In this document: one piece after another, positions 37,149 through 46,202 of the stretch
Numbering within the stretch: the first letter of the stretch is position 1
How the letters are laid out: every line of letters starts with the position of its first letter
NCBI GenBank assembly: GCA_040384285.1
Contig: JAZKJN010000010.1
Span: 11,995 to 75,994 of the forward strand
DNA length: 64,000 bases
Direction: 5' to 3'
DNA from: Patescibacteria group bacterium
Lineage (GTDB): Bacteria > Patescibacteriota > Minisyncoccia > Phycocordibacterales > PALSA-1337
Made by a program: the position numbers and the translations under genes
Notes under the pieces: generated by a model
The model's database searches: none
Told to the model about the DNA's origin: nothing
Seen by the model: only the letters and a program-made list of their open reading frames with translations

Positions 37149-37235
37149 CGGATGGGGTGAGATTCGAACTCACGGCCCCCGTGAAGGGGCGACAGTTTTC
37201 AAGACTGTTGCTTTAGACCACTCAGCCACCCATCC
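37149..37235 (-). tRNA. tRNA-Ser (anticodon TGA)
   Basis: Reverse complement GGATGGGTGGCTGAGTGGTCTAAAGCAACAGTCTTGAAAACTGTCGCCCCTTCACGGGGGCCGTGAGTTCGAATCTCACCCCATCCG. Long variable arm, anticodon loop CTTGAAA. Confidence 0.85.
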
Positions 37236-37294
37236 GTGTGTTGTAGATACTCTCATATTTTGCGAGAACTTTCAACATAGAGTAGACTGACCCT

Positions 37295-37681
37295 ATGAGA
37301 TATCTCGGGATCGACTATGGATCAAAGAGGGTAGGTATTGCTCTATCTGACGACGGAGCGCAGTTTGCATTGCCCGTTATTACTCTTTCAAATACCAAAA
37401 ATCTTCTCCAAGAGGTCGTTGATACAGCCAAAGAAAACCAGGTAACAGAGATCGTAATGGGGGAGTCAAAGAACTACAAGGGTGAAGCAAACACAATACT
37501 TGAGAAAAGTTTGGAATTTAAAAAGGAACTCGAGACCCAAGGATTTAAAGTTCATCTCGAACCAGAGTTTATGACCAGCGAACAGGCACGAAGGTTTCAG
37601 GGAAAGACCGATCTGACAGATGCATCTGCGGCGGCACTCATACTCCAGAGTTTTTTGGATAAATTAGTAAATAAGGCATAA
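37295..37681 (+). CDS. ruvX: Holliday-junction-resolvase-like YqgF/RuvX (putative pre-16S rRNA nuclease)
   Basis: MRYLGIDYGSKRVGIALSD... is the RNase H-like YqgF signature. 128 aa. Confidence 0.8.
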   Translation: MRYLGIDYGSKRVGIALSDDGAQFALPVITLSNTKNLLQEVVDTAKENQVTEIVMGESKNYKGEANTILEKSLEFKKELETQGFKVHLEPEFMTSEQARRFQGKTDLTDASAAALILQSFLDKLVNKA

Positions 37682-37688
37682 TAAATAT

Positions 37689-38090
37689 ATGGAAGAAAAA
37701 ATACCAGAAATAATTGTAGAAAAAGCAGTAGAGAAACCAGTAGAAAAGCCAAAGCCAGTTCACATCTCCTACGACGACTTTGCAAAGGTAGAAATCCGCG
37801 CAGGAAAGATTCTTTCTGCTGAAAAGATTCCTGACACTGACAAACTTTTGAAACTCAGTGTGGACTTTGCTGAAGAAAAACCTCGACAGATCGTCTCTGG
37901 TATCTCTATGTATTTTCCTGACCCTGCAGTTCTCGTAGGGAAGACCTGTATGTTCGTAGCAAACCTCGAACCCCGCATGATCCGCGGACACGAGAGCAAT
38001 GGAATGCTTTTTGCAGTATCTACTCCCGAAGGAGCCTTTTCACTTCTCGAACCAGCATCTACCATTCCGCCAGGAACTAAAGCAAAATAA
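37689..38090 (+). CDS. tRNA-binding protein (CsaA/EMAP/Myf-type OB-fold domain)
   Basis: ...FAKVEIRAGKILSAEKIPDTDKLLKLSVDFAEEKPRQIVSGI...SNGMLFA matches the MetRS C-terminal-type tRNA-binding domain. Confidence 0.7.
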   Translation: MEEKIPEIIVEKAVEKPVEKPKPVHISYDDFAKVEIRAGKILSAEKIPDTDKLLKLSVDFAEEKPRQIVSGISMYFPDPAVLVGKTCMFVANLEPRMIRGHESNGMLFAVSTPEGAFSLLEPASTIPPGTKAK

Positions 38091-38092
38091 GT

Positions 38093-38698
38093 ATGGAATT
38101 CATCCACTCATTTCTTGACCCGCTCACCATCATTAAAGCTGTAGGACTTTTCGGCGTTGTCGCTATCATCTTTGCTGAGTCAGGACTTTTCTTCGGATTT
38201 TTCTTGCCAGGAGATTCACTCCTTTTTACTGCAGGATTTCTTGCATCTCAAAATTTCATATCGATCTGGTGGCTACTCATCCTTTGTTTCATCGCTGCAG
38301 TAGCAGGGGACACGGTAGGGTATTGGTTTGGAAGAAAGACGGGTCCGATGATCTTCAACAAAGAAGATTCATTCTTTTTCCAAAAGAAACATATTGAACG
38401 CGCAGACGCTTTTTATAAGAAATACGGCAAGAAGACTATCGTCATAGCGAGATTTATTCCTATCGTTCGTACCTTCGCTCCCATCGTCGCTGGGGTGGCA
38501 CGTATGGAGTACAATGTCTTCCTCTCGTACAACATTTTTGGAGGTTTTATCTGGACATTTGGAATGCTGGGACTCGGATTCCTTTTAGGTAATGCAATTC
38601 CTGATGCCGAAAAGTATTTGACTCCAATTATTCTCGCTATTATCTTTGTCTCTTTTATCCCCGCCATCTGGGAGTTCTTCAAACATAGAAAGGTGTAG
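38093..38698 (+). CDS. DedA/VTT-family membrane protein
   Basis: FLPGDSLLFTAGFLA and GR..G...F.....ARF.P.VRTF motifs typical of DedA. Confidence 0.8.
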   Translation: MEFIHSFLDPLTIIKAVGLFGVVAIIFAESGLFFGFFLPGDSLLFTAGFLASQNFISIWWLLILCFIAAVAGDTVGYWFGRKTGPMIFNKEDSFFFQKKHIERADAFYKKYGKKTIVIARFIPIVRTFAPIVAGVARMEYNVFLSYNIFGGFIWTFGMLGLGFLLGNAIPDAEKYLTPIILAIIFVSFIPAIWEFFKHRKV

Positions 38699-38723
38699 TA
38701 CAATATATGGTAAGCAAAGTACC

Positions 38724-39689
38724 ATGTTTACCAAAACATTTTTTAAACTATTTCCTCCGCCAAAGTTCCTGAATATTCCTTACGCAGGCCTCGATATTTC
38801 AGATGACGCTATTCACGCTATCGAGTATGCGCACGGAACTCACGGCTACTCCATTCATCGCTTTGGCATGCGCCCGCTCGCTCCGGGTGTCGTAGAGTCA
38901 GGATATATACGTGATGAAAAGGCTCTCACTGAAGCTGTCTCATCTCTTGCCAAAGAACTCAAACTCACTACTATCAAAGCCTCTCTTCCTGAGGAGCGTA
39001 TGTATCTTTTTAAAACAGAAGTGCCTACAGCTGATGAGACACAGGCACGTCAAAATATCGAATTCAAACTTGAGGAAAATGTGCCTTTGAAACCTGCCGA
39101 CGCTTCTTTTTTCTTCGATTTTCTTTCTCAAAAGGAGGGTAAGAACATGGCGAGTGTATCAGTGGCTCCACGAGGCCTTATCGATCGCTACCTCAAGGTC
39201 TTTCAGGATTCAGGTCTTTCCGTTATTTCTTTTGAGATCCAGGCAAAAGCCATCGCTCGAGCAGTGGTTCCTCGCGATTCCCTTGATACGGTGATGCTCG
39301 TGCATGTCATGGATCAAAAGACAGGACTCTACGTAGTATCAAACGGTATTGTATGCTTCACCTCGACTATTTCTTGGAAGGGGACATCGGTGCGAGGGAA
39401 AAATCCCAATGATATTTCAGATGAAATTTTTTCATTGAGAAAAGAGATTGAGCGTGTATCAAAGTACTGGAAAGAGTATGGCGAAGGTCAGCCGATAACC
39501 TCGATCATCGTATCAGGAAAAGACGCCGTGCTCATCAGCCAGATCTCACACATTTCTCCTGACGCGGGAATACCGCTCAAGACCGCCGATACCTGGCAGA
39601 ATGTTTTTTCAGGCGACCATTATATTGCCCCGATCCCTTTTGAAGAATCGCTCGACTACACGGTAGCTGCTGGGCTTGCTCTGCCATAA
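38724..39689 (+). CDS. pilM: type IV pilus assembly protein PilM (actin-like ATPase fold)
   Basis: N-terminal ...LGLDISDDAIHAIEY... and a size that fits PilM. Followed by PilN/PilO-like single-TM genes. The internal ATG at 38724 is preferred over the listed 38646, which overlaps the previous gene. Confidence 0.6.
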   Translation: MFTKTFFKLFPPPKFLNIPYAGLDISDDAIHAIEYAHGTHGYSIHRFGMRPLAPGVVESGYIRDEKALTEAVSSLAKELKLTTIKASLPEERMYLFKTEVPTADETQARQNIEFKLEENVPLKPADASFFFDFLSQKEGKNMASVSVAPRGLIDRYLKVFQDSGLSVISFEIQAKAIARAVVPRDSLDTVMLVHVMDQKTGLYVVSNGIVCFTSTISWKGTSVRGKNPNDISDEIFSLRKEIERVSKYWKEYGEGQPITSIIVSGKDAVLISQISHISPDAGIPLKTADTWQNVFSGDHYIAPIPFEESLDYTVAAGLALP

Positions 39690-39698
39690 AATATACAC

Positions 39699-40262
39699 AT
39701 GAATCTTTATACACTGCTTCCTGACAAAGAAATATCAGCACTCAAAAGAGAATACCGTACTCGTCTCTTTATCGTATTTCTTTTCTTTGTCTCGTGCGGT
39801 ATTTTTCTCGGCATCCTCTCGCTCGTGCCCGCATACATTCTCTCGTATACTCAAGAGGAAGCTGCTCTTTTGGAAGTACAGAAGTTCGAAAAGGGAAGAC
39901 AGGATCGAGGGACGGACGTAGTGCTTGCAGAACTCGCTTCTACCACCGCTGTCATCAATCGTATCAAAGCACATGAAGATCAAACTCTGTTTTCAAATAT
40001 CCTGACGCGCGTTCTTATCCACAAACCTTCTCGTGTGTCTCTCATATCTTTTTATATGACCAAGGCGCCAGCCCCAGAGGGAGGGGTATCTCCAGGTACG
40101 AACGTAGTAGTGCAGGGCAGTGCCCTCACTCGAGACTCCCTGGTGGACTTCAAAAAAAGACTTGAGGGCGATGTCTCTATCTCAAACATCGAACTTCCAC
40201 TTTCAGATCTCGCAAAGAGCAAGGATATTGTTTTTTCCGTAAGGTTTATCATTCAAAATTAA
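39699..40262 (+). CDS. PilN-like pilus assembly protein (single N-terminal TM, periplasmic domain)
   Basis: 187 aa, TM at residues ~20-45, immediately downstream of pilM. Confidence 0.4.
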   Translation: MNLYTLLPDKEISALKREYRTRLFIVFLFFVSCGIFLGILSLVPAYILSYTQEEAALLEVQKFEKGRQDRGTDVVLAELASTTAVINRIKAHEDQTLFSNILTRVLIHKPSRVSLISFYMTKAPAPEGGVSPGTNVVVQGSALTRDSLVDFKKRLEGDVSISNIELPLSDLAKSKDIVFSVRFIIQN

Positions 40263-40263
40263 T

Positions 40264-40761
40264 ATGAAACTTCATTCAGGACATTATATACTTGCTCTCG
40301 TTGCCTTGGTTACCGCCACGGTTGCTGGTTTTGGATTTTTCTTTCTCTATTCGCATATTGTGGGGCAAGCACAAAATTCTGCGCATGCCGTACGGGCGGT
40401 GGGACTTGAGACTGAACGCAAACAGCAAGAGGGTCAGATTTTGAAAATATACGAAGAGACACAGGCTGATCGCACAAAGATTTTCGAGTCACTTGTGCAG
40501 GAGGATGAGATTGTTCAGTTTATAGAAGAGGTAGAGAAGATAGGGCCTGCTTCGAGCACTACTCTTGAACTCTCTGCCCTCACGACTGGAGAGGGACTCA
40601 TCCAGGCCCATCTGAACATCAAAGGTTCCTGGTCTGGAGTTATGCGGGCGCTTACATTGATTGAGAATGTGCCTTACAGCATAACTCTCAAAGATCTCCG
40701 CCTCACTTCGTCAGAAAGACTTTGGAATCTCGACTCTGATTTTTCGGTGCTAAAATACTAA
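40264..40761 (+). CDS. PilO-like pilus assembly protein
   Basis: 165 aa, N-terminal TM, then a coiled-coil segment and a beta domain. 2 bp after the PilN-like gene. Confidence 0.35.
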   Translation: MKLHSGHYILALVALVTATVAGFGFFFLYSHIVGQAQNSAHAVRAVGLETERKQQEGQILKIYEETQADRTKIFESLVQEDEIVQFIEEVEKIGPASSTTLELSALTTGEGLIQAHLNIKGSWSGVMRALTLIENVPYSITLKDLRLTSSERLWNLDSDFSVLKY

Positions 40762-40766
40762 TATAT

Positions 40767-41102
40767 ATGGCAACCCTTTTTAAAAAGAAATACCAAGTTG
40801 CTCCCGGAATGTCTCTTACGAAGTCGATAAAGGAGATCGGGAAGAATCCTTTTGTGGATTGGATACTTATTCTGCTTGTTTCTCTCGGAATATCAATCTT
40901 TCTTATCACAAGCGGTGTCCGGCTTTACTTCAAGGTGGTTTCCGGAGACATTAAAGGATCTTCTGATGAAGAAACAGGAGGTACGTATCGTCCTTTCAAT
41001 CAAAAAGCTCTTTCCTCTGCCATTGAGCTTGTAAAGATAAAAGAATCGGCTACGAGCCGGGCTCGAGGAGGATATAGCGGACCTGGAGACCCTTCTTTCT
41101 AA
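40767..41102 (+). CDS. small membrane protein encoded next to the pil genes
   Basis: 111 aa with a single TM (VDWILILLVSLGISIFLITSGV) and a Gly/Ser-rich tail. Confidence 0.35.
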   Translation: MATLFKKKYQVAPGMSLTKSIKEIGKNPFVDWILILLVSLGISIFLITSGVRLYFKVVSGDIKGSSDEETGGTYRPFNQKALSSAIELVKIKESATSRARGGYSGPGDPSF

Positions 41103-41143
41103 AAATGTGCTATATTCTTTAGTGCTTGGATGGGTTTTCTACA

Positions 41144-41215
41144 TGCCCTTGTAGTTCAATGGATAGAACTGCGGACTTCTAAGCCGTCAATGTTGGTTCG
41201 ATTCCAACCGAGGGC
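41144..41215 (+). tRNA. tRNA-Arg (anticodon TCT)
   Basis: Hand-folded. Acceptor GCCCTTG/CGAGGGC, D arm GTTC-AATGGATA-GAAC, anticodon loop region CTTCTAA (the closing 31-39 pair is A-G), T arm GTTGG-TTCGATT-CCAAC. Confidence 0.8.
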
Positions 41216-41286
41216 ACAAAATAATAGGTATAGTATAATTAAAAGGTCGAGAGTTCTTTGCGTTATTAGTAATTTAATTAAATAAT

Positions 41287-41664
41287 ATGGCTAAGAAATC
41301 AGCTTTGGTATTTGGTATCATTTTTATTCTCGTCGGTATTTTGGGATTTTTTGAGAATCCTATCGTAGGAATGGATTCACTTTTCGTGACTGACGTTATA
41401 CATAACCTCGTTCACTTGATCATCGGTATCATCCTTTTGGTGATCTCGCTCAAGTCTCCGGCAAAATCAGCTGTTGCATTGAAGATCTTTGGTATCATCT
41501 ACCTTGTCCTTGCAATCATCGGATTCTTTAGTGGGTCTACACTTCTCGGACTTGTAGCAATCAACAGTGCAGATAACTGGCTTCACCTTGTACTCGGTAT
41601 TGTCATCACCGCCCTTGGTTTTATGGCAAAGGACTCTGCTTCCGCTCCGGCGCCCATGATGTAG
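41287..41664 (+). CDS. small 4-TM membrane protein with an internal duplication
   Basis: The two halves are similar (ALVFGIIFILVGILGFF vs ALKIFGIIYLVLAIIGFF). A terminator follows at 41691-41714 (ACCGCC-TCAAAAG-GGCGGT-TTTT). Confidence 0.5.
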   Translation: MAKKSALVFGIIFILVGILGFFENPIVGMDSLFVTDVIHNLVHLIIGIILLVISLKSPAKSAVALKIFGIIYLVLAIIGFFSGSTLLGLVAINSADNWLHLVLGIVITALGFMAKDSASAPAPMM

Positions 41665-41831
41665 GGAGGGGTGGGGAATTTTAAAGAAAGACCGCCTCAA
41701 AAGGGCGGTTTTTCGTATGTATTGACTATTTTTAAATATTGTGCTAATATGTGTGTTGGCCCTTATTTATAAGGGATTGAAAACCAAAAAACAAAGTAGG
41801 CAACTTAGTTGCCAGAAAACGCAGAAACGCA

Positions 41832-42635
41832 ATGAAAAAGTTCATCCTGTCGGTCGTCCTTGTCCTCCTGTCCCTTTGCACTCCCATCCTCACGTCTACG
41901 GCGTGGGCCCAAGGTGGTGGAGGGGGCGGCGGAGGTCAGATCATCTCTCCGGGGACCTTTGAGTTCATCTATCCTGTCACGGACCAAGTGTGGTACCCGG
42001 ACCGGGTAGCTGGTATCAAATACGCCGTCAGTAACCTGAATGGTTACGTTGGCGTGCGGTTGGTCAGCGAATACCGCAGTTACTATCTCACGGATTTTTA
42101 TGTGAGCGGCAATGGCGCTGATGCCGATGCCTTCATCTTGTATCATCACATCAAGGCCGGAGAATACCGCCTAGAAGCGTCCATCTGGGACTATGATACC
42201 GAACAAAACTTCACATGGACTTCGTCAGCGAAGATCACTGTGCCAAGCGTTGTTGTCTCACCTAAGGCGGGAGAAGTTACTCGCGCCGGCAAAAAGGTGC
42301 GTGTGACGCTCTCCTCTCCAGTTCCGCCGGGAGAAATCTACGGGGTTTATCTGCAGGGAAAAGGCCTCGGTCAATACAGCCAGATCGCACTTGAGGTGAT
42401 CAAGTCAGGCAAGAACCATGTTGTGGTTCTCATCCCGCAGGAGTTGCCAAACAAGGCACCCCTTCTCAGCGGTAACGACTACCACATTGTTGTGCGAGAC
42501 TTCTCCTACAACCTTTCTGGTGACAATTTCACCATTGTGAACCCCAAAACCCCCTTGCCCTTCACGTTCCCAAGCGGCAACAGTGGTGGGAGTAGTGGTG
42601 GTGGAGGTGGCGTCGGTATTGCCGGAAAAAATTAA
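41832..42635 (+). CDS. secreted protein of unknown function with poly-Gly tracts at both ends, GC-rich
   Basis: Signal peptide ...TSTAWA followed by QGGGGGGGG; the C-terminus is ...SGNSGGSSGGGGGVGIAGKN. GC is ~55% against a ~42% background. A terminator follows at 42661-42691. Confidence 0.5.
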   Translation: MKKFILSVVLVLLSLCTPILTSTAWAQGGGGGGGGQIISPGTFEFIYPVTDQVWYPDRVAGIKYAVSNLNGYVGVRLVSEYRSYYLTDFYVSGNGADADAFILYHHIKAGEYRLEASIWDYDTEQNFTWTSSAKITVPSVVVSPKAGEVTRAGKKVRVTLSSPVPPGEIYGVYLQGKGLGQYSQIALEVIKSGKNHVVVLIPQELPNKAPLLSGNDYHIVVRDFSYNLSGDNFTIVNPKTPLPFTFPSGNSGGSSGGGGGVGIAGKN

Positions 42636-42689
42636 TCAAATTCAAAAAGTTCTTTCACGCGCGCCCTCTAGAAATGGAGGGCCGCTTTT

Positions 42690-44252
42690 TTATTTCATCA
42701 ATGGCAACGAAAGAGAGAAAGTCGAACCAGTACCCACTCCCTCTGACTTCACCGATATCTTTCCATCATGTCGTTCGACGATTCTCTGTGCAATGAAAAG
42801 TCCAATACCCATACCTTCAGTATCTGCTGCACGAGCCTTGTTGCCTCTGAAGAAGCGAGAAAAGATCAGTCGAGCATCTTCTTTGTCGAGACCGATGCCG
42901 GTATCTTTGACGGTGAGGAGTGCAGTGCTACCGCTCTTTGAAAGAGTGACTTCAACTTTTCCATCCTTTGGGGTATATGCGATCGCATTGTCGATCATGA
43001 TCTGGATAACAGAGAGGATCTTTTTTGGATCGGCATGTATCATCACAGCATTGCCCGTTTGATTTGCATAGGAAAGAGTAATATTCTTTTTCTGAGCCTG
43101 ATATTTTTCATCACCGACCATTTTCTCTGACAGTGTTGCGATATCCACCGGTTCCCAGTGATATACGTAGTCTTCCTGGTGGTCATTTGAAGTATTCATA
43201 AGAAGACCGACGAGCTCTACGAGACGGTTTGTTCCTTCTTTGATCTGTGCCAGCTCTTCTTGTCCTTCTGCTGTGGTGTGAGTGGTGAGACTTTCGGCTG
43301 CCCACTTGATACCGGTGAGTGGAGTACGGAGCTTGTGACTGATCGTACTTACGAATTCATATTTCAAAGTATCGATCTCTCGCAATCGTTTCCAGATAAA
43401 GAATCCGACTGTTACGACAATAAATGACGAGATCAATGGAAGTGCCCATGCTGGAGTGGCTGGTATTTGCTGCACGATGAGCTGGTTTGAAAAATTTAAA
43501 AGGACAATAAAGATGCCGACACCCACCACCGCAAGGGAATATGTGAAAGCCTGCTTTGCAATAACTTTAATATCCATCAAGTCGTATTTGAGTACTGCGT
43601 AGGTAAAGGGAATCACAAAGCTCGTAACAAAAAACATTGAGAGGATGGGATCAATTTGGATATCAAACACGAGATACCATGCACTGGTGCCCAAAAGGTA
43701 TCCCATAAGGATGGCAGTAAAAAGATATCTCAATCGGTTTTTAAGTATTGGTTCTGCCGTTCGATAGACGAGGAGCATTTGTGACAAAAAGTAGATACTC
43801 AAAAGAACTGTCCACGCCATGATGGCAGGGTAGAGGATACCCGCCTCATAATAATTGGGGAAATAGAGTTTCGGTACCGAAGGGAGAAGGAGGGAGTTCG
43901 GAAAGATCAAAAAAATAATCGTGAGAATGATCGAGCCTGAATACATAAAAATAAGTGCAATCTTCTGCTCTTTCAATTTTCCTATCAAAGCAAACACACT
44001 ATGAGCAAAAAAGAGGGCAATGAAAATCGTGAATATATTGCCCATGAGAACTGTTCGTGAAAGTTCGGGATCCTGTATGTTTACTCCTACTACATGAGAT
44101 GTCACGTATCCGAATACAGCTACAAATGAAAGAAGAAGCATTTTGTTGGCGAGGGGGCCGTGGTCCTTTATGTATACAAGAATGATGACGACGAGAGTGG
44201 TGAGTGCAGAGATAATGTACCCTATATTATGAATGAGAAGTTCTAAACTCAT
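42690..44252 (-). CDS. sensor histidine kinase with a polytopic N-terminal membrane sensor domain
   Basis: H-box in EFVSTISHKLRTPL. HATPase_c N/G boxes in DTGIGLDKED and EGMGIGLFIAQRIVERHDGKISV. About 7 predicted TM helices in the first 300 aa. Confidence 0.8.
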   Translation of the reverse strand: MSLELLIHNIGYIISALTTLVVIILVYIKDHGPLANKMLLLSFVAVFGYVTSHVVGVNIQDPELSRTVLMGNIFTIFIALFFAHSVFALIGKLKEQKIALIFMYSGSIILTIIFLIFPNSLLLPSVPKLYFPNYYEAGILYPAIMAWTVLLSIYFLSQMLLVYRTAEPILKNRLRYLFTAILMGYLLGTSAWYLVFDIQIDPILSMFFVTSFVIPFTYAVLKYDLMDIKVIAKQAFTYSLAVVGVGIFIVLLNFSNQLIVQQIPATPAWALPLISSFIVVTVGFFIWKRLREIDTLKYEFVSTISHKLRTPLTGIKWAAESLTTHTTAEGQEELAQIKEGTNRLVELVGLLMNTSNDHQEDYVYHWEPVDIATLSEKMVGDEKYQAQKKNITLSYANQTGNAVMIHADPKKILSVIQIMIDNAIAYTPKDGKVEVTLSKSGSTALLTVKDTGIGLDKEDARLIFSRFFRGNKARAADTEGMGIGLFIAQRIVERHDGKISVKSEGVGTGSTFSLSLPLMK

Positions 44253-44313
44253 GCTGTATATTCTAGCATCGTTTCCTTGAACTTTCCCAGTTACTGGTGT
44301 ATAAATAAGCGAC

Positions 44314-44386
44314 GCGCGATTAGCTCAGTTGGTAGAGCAACCCATTTACACTGGGAAGGTCGCAGGTTCGAGTCCTGCATCGCGCA
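44314..44386 (+). tRNA. tRNA-Val (anticodon TAC)
   Basis: GCGCGAT..ATCGCGC acceptor, D arm GCTC-AGTTGGTA-GAGC, anticodon loop TTTACAC, T arm GCAGG-TTCGAGT-CCTGC, discriminator A. Confidence 0.9.
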
Positions 44387-44408
44387 CAAAGTTTTCTCAT
44401 ATAGAACA

Positions 44409-45155
44409 ATGAAAATAGACATACTCTACGAAGACAAGGATATTGTCGTCATAAATAAGCCTTCGGGACTGGTAGTTCATACTGATGGAAAAACAGATGA
44501 GCCTCTTTTGACTGACTGGATCTTGGAAAAATATCCCAAAGTTCGCAATGTAGGTGAACCTATTGTTACAAAGGAAGGGGTGACTCTCGAGCGTCCAGGT
44601 ATCGTGCATCGACTTGATAGGGGAACATCAGGTGCTTTGTGTATTGCTAAAACATATGAAGGCCATGCACATCTCAAGGAGCAATTTCAAAACCAGACTA
44701 TTACCAAGAAATACCTCACGTTTGTATATGGAGAGGTGAAGGATCAATATGGGATCATCAACAAACCGATCGGGAGAAGTCCACGAGATTTCCGACGATG
44801 GTCTGCTACACGAGGTGCGAGAGGGGAGCTTCGTGATGCGGAGACATGGTTTACGACTCTCGCCACTCGCTCAGGGTACTCTTTCCTCGAAATGGAGCCA
44901 AAGACTGGCCGCACACACCAGATCCGTGTGCATTTGAAGGCGGTCAACCATCCCGTGGTTTGTGATTCTCTGTATGCTGCTGAAAAGCCTGCAGCTCTTG
45001 GTTTTACCCGTACAGCGCTGCATGCCTATGAGCTCGAGTTCACCAATCTCGCCGGCAAGAAGATAAAGGTAAAAGCACCTCTTCCAGCAGACTTTTTGAA
45101 CGCTTTTGAGGAGCTCGGCATCATAGAAGTTGCCAAAAATAAGGGGCTGTGTTAG
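44409..45155 (+). CDS. RluA-family pseudouridine synthase
   Basis: KIDILYEDKDIVVINKPSGLVVH... with the catalytic motif HRLDRGTSGALCIAKT. The listed start 44277 would overlap tRNA-Val, so I use the ATG at 44409. Confidence 0.8.
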   Translation: MKIDILYEDKDIVVINKPSGLVVHTDGKTDEPLLTDWILEKYPKVRNVGEPIVTKEGVTLERPGIVHRLDRGTSGALCIAKTYEGHAHLKEQFQNQTITKKYLTFVYGEVKDQYGIINKPIGRSPRDFRRWSATRGARGELRDAETWFTTLATRSGYSFLEMEPKTGRTHQIRVHLKAVNHPVVCDSLYAAEKPAALGFTRTALHAYELEFTNLAGKKIKVKAPLPADFLNAFEELGIIEVAKNKGLC

Positions 45156-45169
45156 ATTTCTCTCTACAT

Positions 45170-45616
45170 ATGGCAACCGCTACTATATCAAAAAACATCG
45201 TTCTATCACCTGCAGACGTAGAGGCTCGAAAGACCCTCGATATTCGCCCAGGAGATACTGTACGTGTATGGCAGAAAATTCAGGAAAAGGGTAAGACACG
45301 ACTTCAGGCCTTTGAAGGTCTCGTTCTTTCTCATAAGCACGGCCGAGAAGCAGGAGCTACATTTACTGTTCGAAAGGTGATCGATGCTGTAGGAGTAGAG
45401 AAAATCTTTCCTCTTTACACACCAATGATCGACAAGATCGAACTTCTCCGACGTTCAAAGGTTCGACGAGCAAAGCTTTATTTCGTACGAGAAAAGGCAG
45501 CAAAGGAAATCCGACGCCAGATGCGACGAATGCTCACGATCGAGAAAGGAGAGAATACAGATACAAAGATCGCCACTCCAGTAGAAGCAGTAGTAGAAGA
45601 AACAAAGACCGCATAA
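45170..45616 (+). CDS. rplS: 50S ribosomal protein L19 (with a C-terminal extension)
   Basis: RPGDTVRV...RLQAFEGLVLS...TFTVRKV..GVEKIFPLYTP.IDKIE..RRSKVRRAKLYF.RE matches L19 closely. Confidence 0.8.
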   Translation: MATATISKNIVLSPADVEARKTLDIRPGDTVRVWQKIQEKGKTRLQAFEGLVLSHKHGREAGATFTVRKVIDAVGVEKIFPLYTPMIDKIELLRRSKVRRAKLYFVREKAAKEIRRQMRRMLTIEKGENTDTKIATPVEAVVEETKTA

Positions 45617-45682
45617 GCGGTTTTTTGTTTTCGTATTGAAATTAAAACGAATATTGGCTATAGTGGGGGAGTCAGCCCCAAT

Positions 45683-45766
45683 GCTCGGGTGTTGAAATTG
45701 GTAGACAAGCACCCTTGAGGTGGGTGTGCCCTTACGGGTGTGGAGGTTCGAGTCCTCTCCCGAGCA
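45683..45766 (+). tRNA. tRNA-Leu (anticodon GAG)
   Basis: Acceptor GCTCGGG/CCCGAGC, 3-bp D stem TTG/CAA with AAATTGGTAGA loop, anticodon stem CACCC/GGGTG with loop TTGAGGT, long variable arm, T arm GGAGG-TTCGAGT-CCTCT. Confidence 0.85.
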
Positions 45767-45833
45767 CAGAGATAGAGAGAAAAAAGTAATAAAAAAGGCG
45801 GGTCCGGGAGGACTCGCTTTTGCGTAAAAGACT

Positions 45834-46157
45834 TCAAGGGGAGGGTGGAAGGATCGAAATAACCTTCCTCCTTACGTTGGTGTTTGTGATCACCAATCTG
45901 ATGGTTTCACCTACCTGGAAATCCATTTTCGATTGTTGGAAAGCAAGCTCATCGTTGTCCAAGGCCCAGATGTTTTTGCTCTCGGATTCCTTTGCAAAAA
46001 CTATCCGATTCTTGGGATCGCGAGGATTTGCAATTTTTGTGATCGCAGCAAGGTTAGTGGTCAGGTGTGGGCCACCTCCTCCCGCGTAAGCACGCCGGTG
46101 AATGTTGTTTAAGATCAAGAGCCCCATAATAAAGAGAAGGGACAGAAGATGTTTCAT
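45834..46157 (-). CDS. small secreted protein of unknown function
   Basis: 107 aa with an N-terminal signal peptide MKHLLSLLFIMGLLILNNIH. Co-oriented with the downstream glycosylase gene. The overlapping plus-strand ORF 45820..46089 is judged spurious. Confidence 0.35.
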   Translation of the reverse strand: MKHLLSLLFIMGLLILNNIHRRAYAGGGGPHLTTNLAAITKIANPRDPKNRIVFAKESESKNIWALDNDELAFQQSKMDFQVGETIRLVITNTNVRRKVISILPPSP

Positions 46158-46202
46158 AGGAATTCGGTTATCAATGGGTAAACTATTTAAAATGCTCTCA
46201 CG

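Noticed and set aside
44277-44408. Listed start of the RluA ORF at 44277
   Set aside because: It would overlap tRNA-Val (44314..44386). The RluA homology begins at the internal Met (44409).
45820-46089. Plus-strand 89-aa ORF overlapping the minus-strand secreted-peptide ORF
   Set aside because: The minus-strand ORF has a signal peptide and matches the orientation of the downstream mpg gene. The plus-strand translation has no features.
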